Assembly: GCA_964187785.1 (NCBI GenBank)
Contig: OZ076413.1
Span: 45,262,001-45,326,000 of the forward strand
Direction of reading: 5' to 3'
DNA: 64,000 nucleotides
Origin: Amphiscolops sp. MND2022
Taxonomy: Eukaryota
Shown here: piece after piece, positions 38,451 through 51,000 of the stretch
Layout: each line of letters starts with the position of its first letter
Position numbering within the stretch: position 1 is the first letter of the stretch
Translations under genes and position numbers: made by a program
The notes under the pieces: generated by a model
Database searches by the model: none
Seen by the model: the letters and a program-made list of their open reading frames with translations, nothing else
Told to the model about the DNA's origin: nothing

Positions 38451-41400
38451 CTAAAACTCCGTGAAGTGGGCCATTCCGTTAATAACTGGATCGTCTCCTG
38501 TTTTTGCTAATCTGAGGTACCCGTCTTCACCCCAGTTCATTCCCCAGTTGTTTTTAATCAGCCAATAGTCCCCGTGATCCGAATCATTTCCATACCCAAT
38601 CAGAAGAGTGGAAAAGTCATATGATGAGTCTGTCCAAAAGTCGTTGAATACTCCTGAACTAAAAAAAATAAATTTTCTTTCATCCATGTTTCGTATAAGT
38701 TTTTAAATACATCTGTTTTTAAAAACATACAAGTTTTTAAATACATCTGTATGGTTCGGAAATATAATGAAAGTAGACGTGGAAACTGATCTCTCATTTG
38801 CACTTTTTACATCTCGCAAGTTGCAATCTTCAAAACCTTGGTCAAACAAAATGCTTCAGGAAGCTTTTTATAACAATCTTGCCACGGAGTCTATGGCAAA
38901 CAAAATGCAATGAAAGGTTCAACCTGTATACCAATGATTGAAATTCGAACAGAATTTTTCCGGATTTCTGAAGTTTTCATTTGATTAAAAAATTCGATTC
39001 ATTTTGAAGTGAGGAGAAATTCACTTTGTACTGAAATACCTGGAAATTCGTAATCTTTGCAATTTTTGTTGTTTACACCTTGATTATTGTTGCTAATGTA
39101 TGCTAATTTCAAAAGACCTTTGTGACCTCGACTTTTCAAAACCACAGCGCTTGACCACGTCGCTGCGAATATGGTTACGTACATTGCTTTGGGGAGATAG
39201 TTTCCGAAAAGGGCAGCGACTTAGAAAAGCAAAATGCTCATTTGGCATCCACCCCACGATATTGTGGAAATAAACTTACGTGTATTTTTCTCTCAACTTT
39301 GTACTGTTTTAGGCAGTTATTTTTATTTTTCGGGTGCTTTTGAGGGTGTGAGTTTCCACGGAGCTCAACTACAAAACAATTAGCTACTTAGCATATTCTC
39401 TTTGGGAGACATATAAATGTTTTCTCTCCCAAAAAGAATGAGATGAGTTGGAAATGAGTTGGAAAAATTTCGAAATGTTTATTTTTTTTCGAAACTTTGT
39501 GCAAATTTGTTGTTTATTGGCTAAGTTGGAGCTGAGAGCATATGTCCATGTTAAAACAATTGGGGGACAAATTGGAAAATAAACGCGGGCTCAGTGGGCG
39601 CCTTGTTGATTTTCTCTTTTGATTGAAAATATTGGCGAAAATATAGAATCGGGAACACAATGTGGTTTTCAAAAAATTAAAGTTTCAACACCAACTTTTG
39701 AAGATTTAAAACATTTTTATTTCAAGGTACCCTGGGGAAAAATGTACCTGTAAAACTGCAGCTTGCTACTTGGTCCCATCTGAATTGACACGGGACCATA
39801 CTGATTAATAGCTGCCTCCAGCGCCACTTTGTCCCCTCGAGCCACATGCCGCATGCGCCAAAAGTCCACCGGGGCCACTCTTTCATCGTCTTGTTTCAGG
39901 CATTGAGTTTTCCTTGCTTCGAAAGGGTGCTCATTTTCTGACATTGCACCCATCCTTCTAAGGTACATAACTGCTTCTTTGAACGAAGAGCCACTGCAAC
40001 TCTGGCTCGGAGCGCAATCTAGCACGTTTTGCTCGCTTAGCTGCACTAGTTGTTCTGAAAATGACACAGAATGAGGAAATTATACCTCAAATGTTACCAG
40101 TTTTTGCTATTGGGAGTGTCAAGCAAAACTCCTAGTTTTGAATGATGCTTTTTTGCCTTAGGGCTTGTGTTCTGGAAATTTTTACGTCTGAGGTTCTAGT
40201 CATGAAATCGAAAGCTCACTAATTTTTGAAAAACTTTTTTGAATTTGGTTTGTTCAGCTAAATCTGCGTTGGTAAGAAACTTCTGATTGGTTGAATTAGT
40301 CTTGATACATTTTATCAGCTTTTGTGATGCCGATGGTTAGAGAATTACACCAAAATCCACTATTCAGTTTAGTTTTCATATCAGTTTTTAATTGCTTCCT
40401 GAGCAGACTTGAACTCACTTGTTTGTCTAAAAACTGTGCCCTCTAGGAGACCAACGGCCGCAAACGTAGTGCCACTAGCACAAAACATCTGGTCTTTGAC
40501 CGGGGTCACTATGCCTCGTAACCTGAGGTCAACTCTGAGTGGGGTTTCTGTGAGCGAGGAAAAACTATAGAACGCTTGGCCCATTTTGATCGGGTTCTTG
40601 GGGTGAGAACCAAACATCAGGGCTCGGAACTCGTTTGCAGTCAAGTCGCCAAATCTGTTCATTTTCATACTGTATGAAACAACCTTTGTGTGATACATCT
40701 TGTTATGCTCTTGGATCTAAATGAAAAACAAGAGAGAATTAATGATGAAAAATGTAACAGAGAGAATTGCTGTTATATAAGTCAGCTAAACTTCAGATAA
40801 AGCCAGAAAGTTCAAACGTATTTTTTTTGTTTTTTTGGACAAATCGATTTTGTATTCCAAAGAAGTTTGGAAAAACCGACGCCTAAAAGGTCATAACCAC
40901 TTTCTTCGAATCTTATTCCCGACTCCTCAATTTCAGGCTGAACATTTCGTCAGTTTAGTAAAAAAATATAGTTGAAAAAATCAGAAGAAAACTCAATTTG
41001 GGGAACATAAGTTTCAAAAAGGTGATATTAGATTTATGATTTGAAATAAGCTGAAAATATATATTATTATTTTCCGCCCAGATATAATGGGGCAGGAAAA
41101 TCATAATCTGTGATGCGTTTTTTTCCAAACTCTGCCAAATCTCCACTTTATTACTCCATTTAGTAAATTCTAGTCACCATGGCGCAGATGGCTGTGCGTC
41201 TGCCTTCGAACCCGTGCTGATGCGCTACATTTTTAGCGAAAAATATCCCGGTGCTTAGCGGGCGTCTTGGTATTTTAAGTTAGTGTTGTCGAAATGACAA
41301 TAAGAAATTGTTAAAAACAGTTTTTAGTCTGAAACCATCATTCTTGTTTCTCGAGGATTGAAAAGATACCCCAAGACAACCTACCTACCTTTTACTTAAA

Positions 41401-41670
41401 TATTTGCGAACATAAATACATGTATTGAAAATAAATTGATTATTATAAAGTGAAAGATTGTAGGCTGCTAACTATTTTTTGATTTCTTTTGAATATTTTG
41501 TACCGTCGAAAATGCTCTTTTTCATCACTGTAGACAAACCCCGTTGACATCTTGAAATGGATCCATGATTGATCTTGATGAGGCAACATACGAATCGAAG
41601 CAGTTTCCGCTTCATCCTTCAAAAATAATATAAAACTTGTTAGTGGCAAAATTAGGATAGTGAATCTCAT
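38451..41670 (-). CDS. Cathepsin L-like (C1A) pre-pro-protein, paralogue 2; intact 4-exon, 336-aa gene, predicted catalytically inactive
   Basis: Exons 41670-41473, 40716-40419, 40054-39748 and 38658-38451 join through GT-AG introns (phases 0,1,2) into 1011 nt without internal stops. Signal peptide, ERFNIN, MNRFGD, VDLRLRGIVTPVKDQ, LSEQNVLDC, GPVS, GYG, YWLIKNNWGMNWGEDGY. Confidence 0.92.
40955..41270 (+). repeat. Dispersed non-coding repeat in intron 1 of cathepsin paralogue 2 (partner of 11525-11990)
   Basis: Reverse-complement similarity to 11525-11990. Confidence 0.55.
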
Positions 41671-43041
41671 GGTTCCCAGTTCTCACAAAAAAAGTCCCGA
41701 TCAGAAATTTTTGTCAAGTTTCAAATCGAGATTAAAAAGTTTGGACTTCTGAGGTTTGAATCGCAACAATTTGGTTGTAATAACTGGCGCTGTCCTGGCA
41801 GAAATGATGAACCAGGAATAAAAGAATCCTATTTGATTTTCAACCATGAATTTTGTTTGCAAATTTATCATCATACCAGTTTTTTGTTTGCGACCGAAGT
41901 TTACACTCTTCCTTAAGAATTTGGGGAATGTTGAGAATCAGCTTTAATTGGATTTTTGATCTTGAATCCAAATTAATGACACGCCTTTTCCAATTCAGAT
42001 AACAGTTTCATCGATGACGTCATGAACTCGGAAATTGCCTCGAATCATAAAAACGAAGGTTGAAAACAACAAGGTCAGCTATAATTTGTTCATGACTGTC
42101 GTCGAACCAGGAAGAATATGAATTAATGACAAGCATTAAACAGTATTTATTTGAATTATTGCAGATGTATCAATGGTTCATACTTTTCGAGGTCTTTATG
42201 AACAATTTAATTGTTATTTGCTGAGTGTGATTGAATTTGAACAGTTCAAAGGCTTCAAGAACGAGACCGCTGTTACTTTTTACCCTTCAAGAAAAGACCT
42301 CTTTTAGAACTTCATGCTTCAACAAGGAAGTCCTCTGCGATCAATTGGTTGCCCGCCCTAGTGGAACATTCCCTTACGTTTTCCATGTTGCATTCATGCA
42401 TGCATTCTAAATTTTTGATAAACATGGAAAATACTCAAAAGTCGCATGGAACAATTTTTGTAAGCTTTTCATGCAACCAGCTGCAAAACCCTCTGAGTCA
42501 TGTACATTTGAGAAACACCAGTCTGCAGTCTAGAAAATGTTTTGAAAGATCCAAGCAATTTTGACTTAAAAAATTGCTGAAGGAAACTCAACACAGATCT
42601 TTCAAAATCTAATTCTCACATGATCTAGTACTTGTATTACGATGAATAAAAACTCAACAAAAGTAAGAACTACAATGAGTCATAAATTATCGATTACATT
42701 AAAAAACAATTTATCATCATTGAATTGAAAACAACGCAAAGAAAATCATCTTGTAACAAAAGTACTTTGGGAACAGTTCTTAGGTCTATCAAAAAGGCAT
42801 GTTTAGATCTCAACAATTCTATTCTGTTCTCACTCCTAATTCGATCAGGCATCTGTTATTGCAGGAGACGTTGAAAGGTTCTGAAACAAAAACATAAGTC
42901 TACATTTTAATTGACAGAGCAAAACGACCGAAAAAAACTGAAGCACAACGACAACCTCACGTCTCATGCAAACTAATATGTGCTAATGCATTTTCTACTG
43001 TTTGGAGCTAGTCTACATGAATGATGGTAAAAACATCGAGG

Positions 43042-43534
43042 AAAAGACGGGATCGTCTCAAGTCGGCGTCATATCTACGGCTCAAAAAAATTCAAGGAAC
43101 AACTATTCGAAACATTCGGAAAAAAAAAGTTTCAAAAAAAAGTATTTTTTAAGAACGTCGCACAATGCCGAAAAACTCGAAATGAGGCCATTCAGGCTCA
43201 TTAAACGTTTTTCCAAACCGAAAACTTCAAAAAAATGCAAGGGGGTACCCTTTGATAGAATCCGAAAATTTTCGAAAAAAATGTCGCGTAGTGCCGAAAA
43301 AAACCAAACGAAAAAAACGTTTGGTCTCGCATCTACTTTTGGAAGCAAAATAAAATTGGAGTTTAGTGCGAGAATCGAACCCACGATCTCCTGCTTCGCA
43401 GAAAATTAGTTGAACAAATGAACAAAAGATTGTATAAAAAGTGGACCATTCAGAGTGAGATTGTCAGCTGAAAAAAAACTACCCACTGTAATAGTTGGGC
43501 TTTTTTCCTTAAGGGAAAAAGCGCCGACTAAAAA
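43042..43534 (-). mobile_element. Non-autonomous Helentron/HINE-like element
   Basis: Reverse orientation: AGACG-ggat-CGTCT hairpin, AAGTCGGCGTCATATCT, and far end GCGCCGACTAAAA. Confidence 0.7.
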
Positions 43535-43621
43535 TGCCAACTCAGGGTCTTCAGAGAAAACAGACGAAACACCAAAAACGAATTTGAACAAACCGGCGCC
43601 ATAGGTTTAAAAACGAATTTG

Positions 43622-44048
43622 AACAAAAACGAACGGCCCAGGTCGGCGCCATATCTAAGGCTCAAAAATAGCAACAGGACTTCAAAGTGACAAGGTATTC
43701 TCTTCTACAGTACCAGAAAAACCCAAAAGTCGGACAGAATTGGTAGACTATTATTCTGTTGCAACTCATTAGAAAAATTGCAGAGGAGAACCTTTGGTGA
43801 AACACTTGAAAGAGTCTGAAAAGTCTAAAAGTCCGGAACAAATTGAAAGGGAGACTTTTTAGCCACGTCCAGTTTTGTATGTTATGCTAAAAAAGGAACA
43901 GATCCTATAATACAGTTCCCTGGGCTAAAAGGTACAATTTGACGCAATGAATTATTGTAGACCTATTTTGTACATTTGATGTGTATCGAAAAAACCACTG
44001 ACGAAAAGCCATGACTATTGTCGACTCAAAGAAACCACCGACTAAAAA
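43622..44048 (-). mobile_element. Older Helentron/HINE-like element
   Basis: GGTCGGCGCCATATCTAAGGCTCAAAA at ~43641 and CCGACTAAAAA at ~44040. Confidence 0.6.
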
Positions 44049-44663
44049 GTAAAGATAACAACCAAACAGGAAGTAACAATCCACCTTCATAGTCTCAAAC
44101 AGACTGACAGCTTGTTCTTCCATCAACGACTCTTACGCTAGAGCTGTTGCAAGCACGGATTCACTCGCAACTTGAACATCTGCAGGACAGCAAAACGTTC
44201 ACAGGGTCTGAACTAACATCATAATTATACATTCGCAATGTTCATGTTCTATCCGTGGAGTTTTTGAGGTGTTGAAACTGAAATTTAAAAAACAGAGCCG
44301 TGCTACAGATTTTGTCTTGTCCGTTTTGTGTAACTTTTCGAGAAAGTGCCAATCGGGGGAAGTTTTGATTTTTTCGAGAATTGACAAAAGTTGGTTTTCT
44401 CACCTACCAAATTGTGTTTTCAAGAATTCACAAAGGTTATGCACTTCAAAGAAAATGGCAGTGCCGCCAAGATGATTGAAGAATTCACACAATAATATTG
44501 GCAGTGCAAAATGAATTTTTCAAGAATTGAGAAAAATTATTTGTGGATTCTTCATAATCATGACTAAAATAAACTCCACTTTTTCTTAATTCTTGAAACG
44601 CATGTGTTATAATGCAGTTGAAGAATCCACACAAGACGGCAACAGATTTGTTGCATTCACTGT

Positions 44664-46748
44664 TGTCTCAGCCCCAGCTAAGCTGTGAGACCTGTCACGT
44701 AGCAGGCGGGATCTACGAAGAAGGAAGTTGGGATTAGAGTAAAAGAAAAGGAAAGGCAAGTGGAACAACTAATATACAAATAATTTAGTGCTAATATATA
44801 TAATTATTACTTTAAATTATTTCGGAGCTAAATTTATATTTATACACGTATATGTACATATATACAGTAATACCTAATACATACAAACACACACAGTGTA
44901 CCAACCAGTTTAAAGCCGTTAGTGCAGTTAACAATATTAAATTAGTGCTATATAAATAATAACAATGGCGGGACCGCGGCCTGGCAACCGGCCTGAGATT
45001 TAGGCAGTGAAGCGCCGACCTGGCGAGTGGCCTGAAATCAAAATATGCTGTGCGCTGCTAATTAACAGCATAGTGCAGTACTATTGTATGAGCATTAACC
45101 TGGTAAAGCATTTTGTATGCTAATTGAACGATGCTACGCGTATTATTGTACAAGTGATTGAATGAAAACAACGAATGTACAGAAGTTGAATACCACGGCC
45201 TGAGACACGGCCTGAGAATAAAACGCATAGAAATCTATTTTCATGGAAGATGATGATATTAATATTGATTTTCTGCCTTTCTCAATGATACCATGAACCA
45301 ATACTCATGATTTTAAATGATAACCGTTAACTGCATGTAATTTGTAGCAGTTTTGTTCATGTAACAATGTTTAATTTTTAAACACACAGGACGTGGCCTG
45401 AGATGAAAATTGTCAGAACACACTCTTGAAATGAAAATTAAGGTGCTACATTTAATTTTACATTCCCTCAATGAAACCACGACCCGATAAATGTAATTGC
45501 AAATAATAATGGTTGATTACGTGCTATCTATGATTACTTTTCTCATGCAACTATGTTCAATCATCTGGTAATATGAAACCATGGCCCAGACCCCGGCCTG
45601 AGACTAAAACTCCTAAACTGTGCCGTATTATTCCTCCCAAGCAAATTCTCATGTAACCAGGTTAATTAACGTCCCAAATAGTGTCCCAGGGATGACATAT
45701 CTTCATGTAAATCTTTGTTTCGTTGCTATACATTCTCGTTCATGGAATATTCCTTCGTCTTATCCAAATCGTCCCAGGCCACCGCCTGGGATTTGGATTT
45801 TTTCCATTGTGATTAATTAGCATTTTCATGTCCCCTGAGGGAATTTACAAATCGTTTTTGCAGTTTGTTAGTGAGATAATTAGCCAGAGCAGTGTTTGAT
45901 TCAAATAATTTGGGAGATTTTCAATCTCCATAAAATAATCATTATTGTATCGTTGTATTTTTCCTTATTCTTTTGGAAGCAAAATTCTGAGTCATTGTAC
46001 ATTTTGATTGAATTCAGCTTCGGCGTCCCAAAGAGGCGGGAATTGGAGGTGAAGGGAAGCGGAGTCGCAACTCAGACAGGAAGTGGACGCGTGCTTTCCC
46101 CGGGAAGCATGAACAAACTGAGAGACTGAGTTCGACAAAGCGGAACTGAACTTCCGGTTTCCTCGCCTCGGAAGGACGCCGGGCTGAATGAAGCGTGAAT
46201 GCGTGATGGATTTTCCCGCTCACTAGCTTGCGGAAGGTATATAAATCTGTAAAATTTGGATAATTTTAATTGAAAATCTGTCAATCGCTTTTGAAAACAA
46301 TCTTGTTCTTTTCGCCTTTGAAATCAATGAATTTCGAAACTTTCAACTTCTTTTATTCTCAATAGTATAAGTCCGCAAAATTCAAAATCCAAAATGCTCG
46401 AAAGATCTTCGAAAAGGAAAGCCAGGAGACACTCAGTGTCAAGTTCCATAAGCGAACCCGAAACGTCCAGTTTAAAGACGGAAAATTTCCCCAGCATATC
46501 TGATAAAGACTTTTCGGAATTGTCTGAGAAAATAGAGAAATCTGTTTGTCGTCGGATTAAGGATACTGAAGTGGGACAGAGGGAGATATTACATATGATT
46601 GAAAACTTGTCATCTAAAATTGACTCTTTGTCAGACAAAACCCCTTTAATCACAAATACCAAAGTGGTTGAACCTGACCTGACCGAGCCTGGTCCATCTT
46701 CCCAACGTGAAGACATTTACGAGTTGCCCCATAGTCTGGGTCAACACA
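44664..46748 (+). repeat. 5' LTR of element B (2085 bp)
   Basis: Direct repeat of 57883-59983, several percent diverged by eye. Confidence 0.95.
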
Positions 46749-48033
46749 TGGTGACAAGAGTATCTCCCCAAACAGAAATACCGCCCCGGTCATCAAGCTT
46801 GCCGCCCCCAACCAGAAATACCCGGACCACAGAGTAGACAAATTGCTCGAATCGCTCCGAAATGTCACCCAACAGAACATCGTACTTCCCAGACTACCGA
46901 AGGCATTGTCAACAACTATGCCCACCTTCAAAGGACGAATTGACAAATTCGAGCATTTCGAAGACCTCTTCATGACAAGTCTCAAGGTATACCCTAATAT
47001 CTCTGAGGAGGAACAAATTCATTACTTTCACTCCCTACTCAGGGATGAAGCACTCCAAACATATCGCAATATGACTGACATAAACCGTGCCAGCTTAGAG
47101 GACATCATTGCCACATTCCGACGCAGATACGTACGCCCCCAATCCATCGCAACAGCCAGATGCAAATGGGAGCAACTCCACTTTGACCCCTCACGGCAAA
47201 CATTCCAAGATTTCTTGGACTAATACTAAAAACTAGCACAAGAGGCATACGGAGAAGACGCCCCAAAATTCATAGAAACATCTTTCTATGCCAAAAAGCC
47301 GACCCACTTAAAACGAGTCCTCAACCAAGCCAGGTTAGAAACAGAATCTTACGATATGATGGTCCAACATTTAGAGAGGGAAATGGAATTAAACGGACTG
47401 TTGGCCCCTAATGAAACCAACATAACAGGAGTACATCAAATCGAAGTACAAGACACACAACAAGCCCCAAACCCTCCCAAACCGACAGGCCCATGCTACG
47501 GATGCGGACAACCTGGCCACGTTGTCAAAAATTGTCGAAAAGTAGCCCGCAAAGCTCGCAAAAGAGGCAACAGAGTACCTAACACAATCGTCGACCCATG
47601 TGAAACATGTGGCAAGAAGAGCCACTCAACGCAAGATTGCTATTCAGGCGCCAACTGGGCGAATAGACGACAGTGGTGGAAAACCCCAAAAACTACGCCT
47701 CCAAACAACATTCCGATAACACCACAACAAGGTCAGTACGTAAAAGAAAACTCACAAATAACCCAACCCCAATATCACAACCTGACAATCGGCCAAATGT
47801 GCTACCTACCCTGGACTGGCAGCGAAGATGGCAAATTCACAAGCTCCACAAATACAACCGTCAAACTACGACCAAAAAAGACTACCCACAATGGTACATT
47901 GACAACCCGACCGACTACAATACTCCAAAACGACCCTTACCAGAAAGCACCTCCCCCGAAACCTACATTCATGACCCCGACTTCAATTGCGACCCGTACC
48001 ACAATCCCCAACTTCATGACAGAGGAACATTAA
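46394..48033 (+). pseudogene. gag: Element B gag (disrupted)
   Basis: ORFs 46394-46837, 46843-47223 and 47356-48033 homologous to A Gag (FEDLF, FHSLL, FRRRYVRPQS, HLEREMELN; CYGCGQPGHVVKNC, CETCGKKSHSTQDC); stops at 47221 and 47227. Confidence 0.92.
46749..46760 (+). promoter_or_regulatory. Primer-binding site of element B (TGGTGACAAGAG)
   Basis: Immediately follows the LTR end; absent after the 3' LTR. Confidence 0.85.
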
Positions 48034-51000
48034 CCTTTAGACAGAGAGAGTGCACGTTATTTGAGGAATACATCAAGAAAACAGGAATGAACATCTCAAC
48101 GGAGCCACGTCACAGACCAAAAACTGTCCAACATGTGCCAGAATATGACCAAGATGTAGAACGTGTGACAGAAATACTAGTCGATAACCCGACTAACAGG
48201 CCCAAGTCCATACTCAAAAATCAGGGATCTCAAATCACGGCCCCTCAATCACCACCAAAAAACCAACCAGTCAACCCCATGAGAGCCGCAATCCTACGAT
48301 CGCCAACAATGGACGTGGCACCTGACTGCCACCAACACGAATATATCACCTGCAGGACCACGACTGAAGCCGTGGAACTGGCTCAACCCACAATCAACAA
48401 GAAAACAACACCTCCAAACCAACAACAAGGAGGATCAAGATGTCTCTACGTTGATTGCCGCCCCACCTCAATAGTCAGCCGGAAGATGAAGTTGAAGACA
48501 CCCAACCCATCATGGCTGACGAAACTAACATGCAGCCTGAATCCCAACCAGGTGTTGCAATCAGCACACCTCAACAGGACAGATCCAGGTCCTACCCCTC
48601 AGAGCAGACTGCAGAATACCCGAGGCAAAATCATAGGGCCAGGGGAACTCCCAGTCCCCTCTCCCAAAACGATAGACAGTCTGAAAGCGAAGTCGAGGAC
48701 CCTCGACCCATAGAGACTGCCACAACGAACATTCAATCTGGATCCCCCACAGGTGCTGAAATCGACACACCGCCACAGGACGAACCCCAGTCCTACCCTA
48801 CGGCCCAGATTGCAGAATACCTCACAAGGGACCCCGTGACCAACGAGCAATGCATCCCAATCTTCTCAGCAGTGACACTCAAGAAGAAAAAGAAATTGCT
48901 ATTCGCTCCAATGGATTTCCAGGACTTGACCCTGGATGCCCTCATCGAATCCGGCGCCCTTATTAACTGCATTTCAGAAACAGATTACAACAAAATCTTC
49001 CAAATGTCCCCCAAGGACATAGTCAAAGAATTGGAACCACCCCCCTTCAACCTTGAAACACCAACCAAGACGATCATCCTCCAATTCAAAATAGGGGACT
49101 GGAACTTTAAAGAAACATTCATTGTTGTCACACGACTGACAGGCCCTATACTTGGCCTCACGTTCCTCTAGAATAATAGCGCCATCCCGGACGTGAGTCA
49201 AAGACTGCTCCACTTCCCTCACCTCACATATTCCATTGAAACTGATTAGTATACCCGCAACAGGAAGCTCTGTAGAGTCCAAAGAAAGAACCCACTCACC
49301 ATTTCTCCTGAGACAACGCAGACACTCACTGGCTACACGGACATATCATCCAGCATCGACACAACTGGTGTCATCAACCCAGCCACAAATCACTGTAGCG
49401 GTGACCCCTGGTGGTAGCCAGTTCAATATCATCAGCCTCAGTTCATATTCAAATCGAAAGATTGACGTCAGGGTGACCAATACGACCCCCACACCCTAAA
49501 CCATCAAAAAGAATAGAACGATAGCGGAGTTCAAAATTATGTCGCCAGAAGAAGCCAAAGAACTCAAACCACTCAACACAGCAGCACTCAAAGTGCTCAC
49601 CGAAGACGATTCAGAAGACGCAATAGTCTATATCAATGAACTCCTAAAAGCTTCTGACAAAACCTCCAACAACCAAAACTTTTGGTTCCCCACGCCAAAT
49701 GACCCCGGGGATCCTATTACCCACACGCCGATCCAAAGATGAAAATTGCGAGAAATAAAAGAACTGGAAGAGATTCAGAAACTAAACCCTGCCAACAGCG
49801 ACGAAGAAAGGGAGGCATTCCTCAAAAACTTCAAATGGGATGACACACAACTGTCAGCAGACGACCAAAAAGACATTGAAGAAAAACTCATCGAGTTTAA
49901 CGACATTTTTGCCAGGCATCGACTGGACATTGGAATCAACCACGATTTCAAAATTAAACTCACGCTGAAAACAGATGAACCCGTCTACTCACAGAGCCTG
50001 CCCTGTCCTATTTACCTAAAAGAAGACTTGACAACCGAACTGGCATTAATACACTACTTCGGGAACATAACAACCCTCCCATTCAGCAAAAACGCCAGCC
50101 CGATCTTTGCCCAGCGCAAACCGAACGGCCGACTGCGCCTACTAGAGAAAACAAAAACCACTTGATCTCGGACGATTACATAAACAACAATCATCCGGTC
50201 AGCACACTAACCGATGCCGCGCAACACCTCGCTGGCAAGAAGTTGTTTTGTAAACTTGACTGCTCACAAGCTTACCACGTACTGCAGAGGGCAAACCAGA
50301 AGTCCGTCCAACTTCTCGCTTTCAACTTCGCCAGCAGAACATTCGAGTACCTCAGACTGGCCCAAGGACTGAGCCGCTCACTATCGTCCTTCTCAAGCTT
50401 CATGAGAGAATACCTGGACAAGGCCATAAAGGCGGACAAATGCGCACGTGGATGACATTGGAATTGCCACAAACACTCCCGAAGAGTTGAAGAACAATTT
50501 GAGAGAGGTCTTCCAATGCATCCGCGCAGCAGGACTCCGGCTTACAATGGCCAAATGCCAGTTCGGTGCCAAGGAAGACGAATTCCTTGGGCGAACATTC
50601 TCTCCATCAGGTGTGGCGCCCCAGAGCAACAAAATCAAGAAGTACTTGCAAACGCTCAAATTCCCCCGAACGAAGAAAGGAATTCAAAGATACATCGTAT
50701 TTGTAAATTATTACAGGAACTATATTCCCCGATATTATCAGAGACAATCGCTCCGTTCCACGAACTCATAAAATCTGACAAGCCAGCAAAAATCGACCAG
50801 GAACTCATATCCAACTTCGAAGCCATCAACAGATCATTAAACAACGCGTGCGGACTTTGGCTCAAACAGCCACTGCCAAACCGACAGTACGTATTGATGA
50901 CTGACGCCAATTTCAAAAACGCCGGATACGCCCTAATGACTGAAGAGGACCCACAACATAAAATCACTTCCACCAAGAAAACCTATGCCCCTGTAGCATT

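Noticed and set aside
43360..43400. tRNA-like segment (GCGAGAATCGAACCCACGATCTCCTGC)
   Set aside because: Only a T-arm/B-box-like fragment inside a repeat; no full cloverleaf
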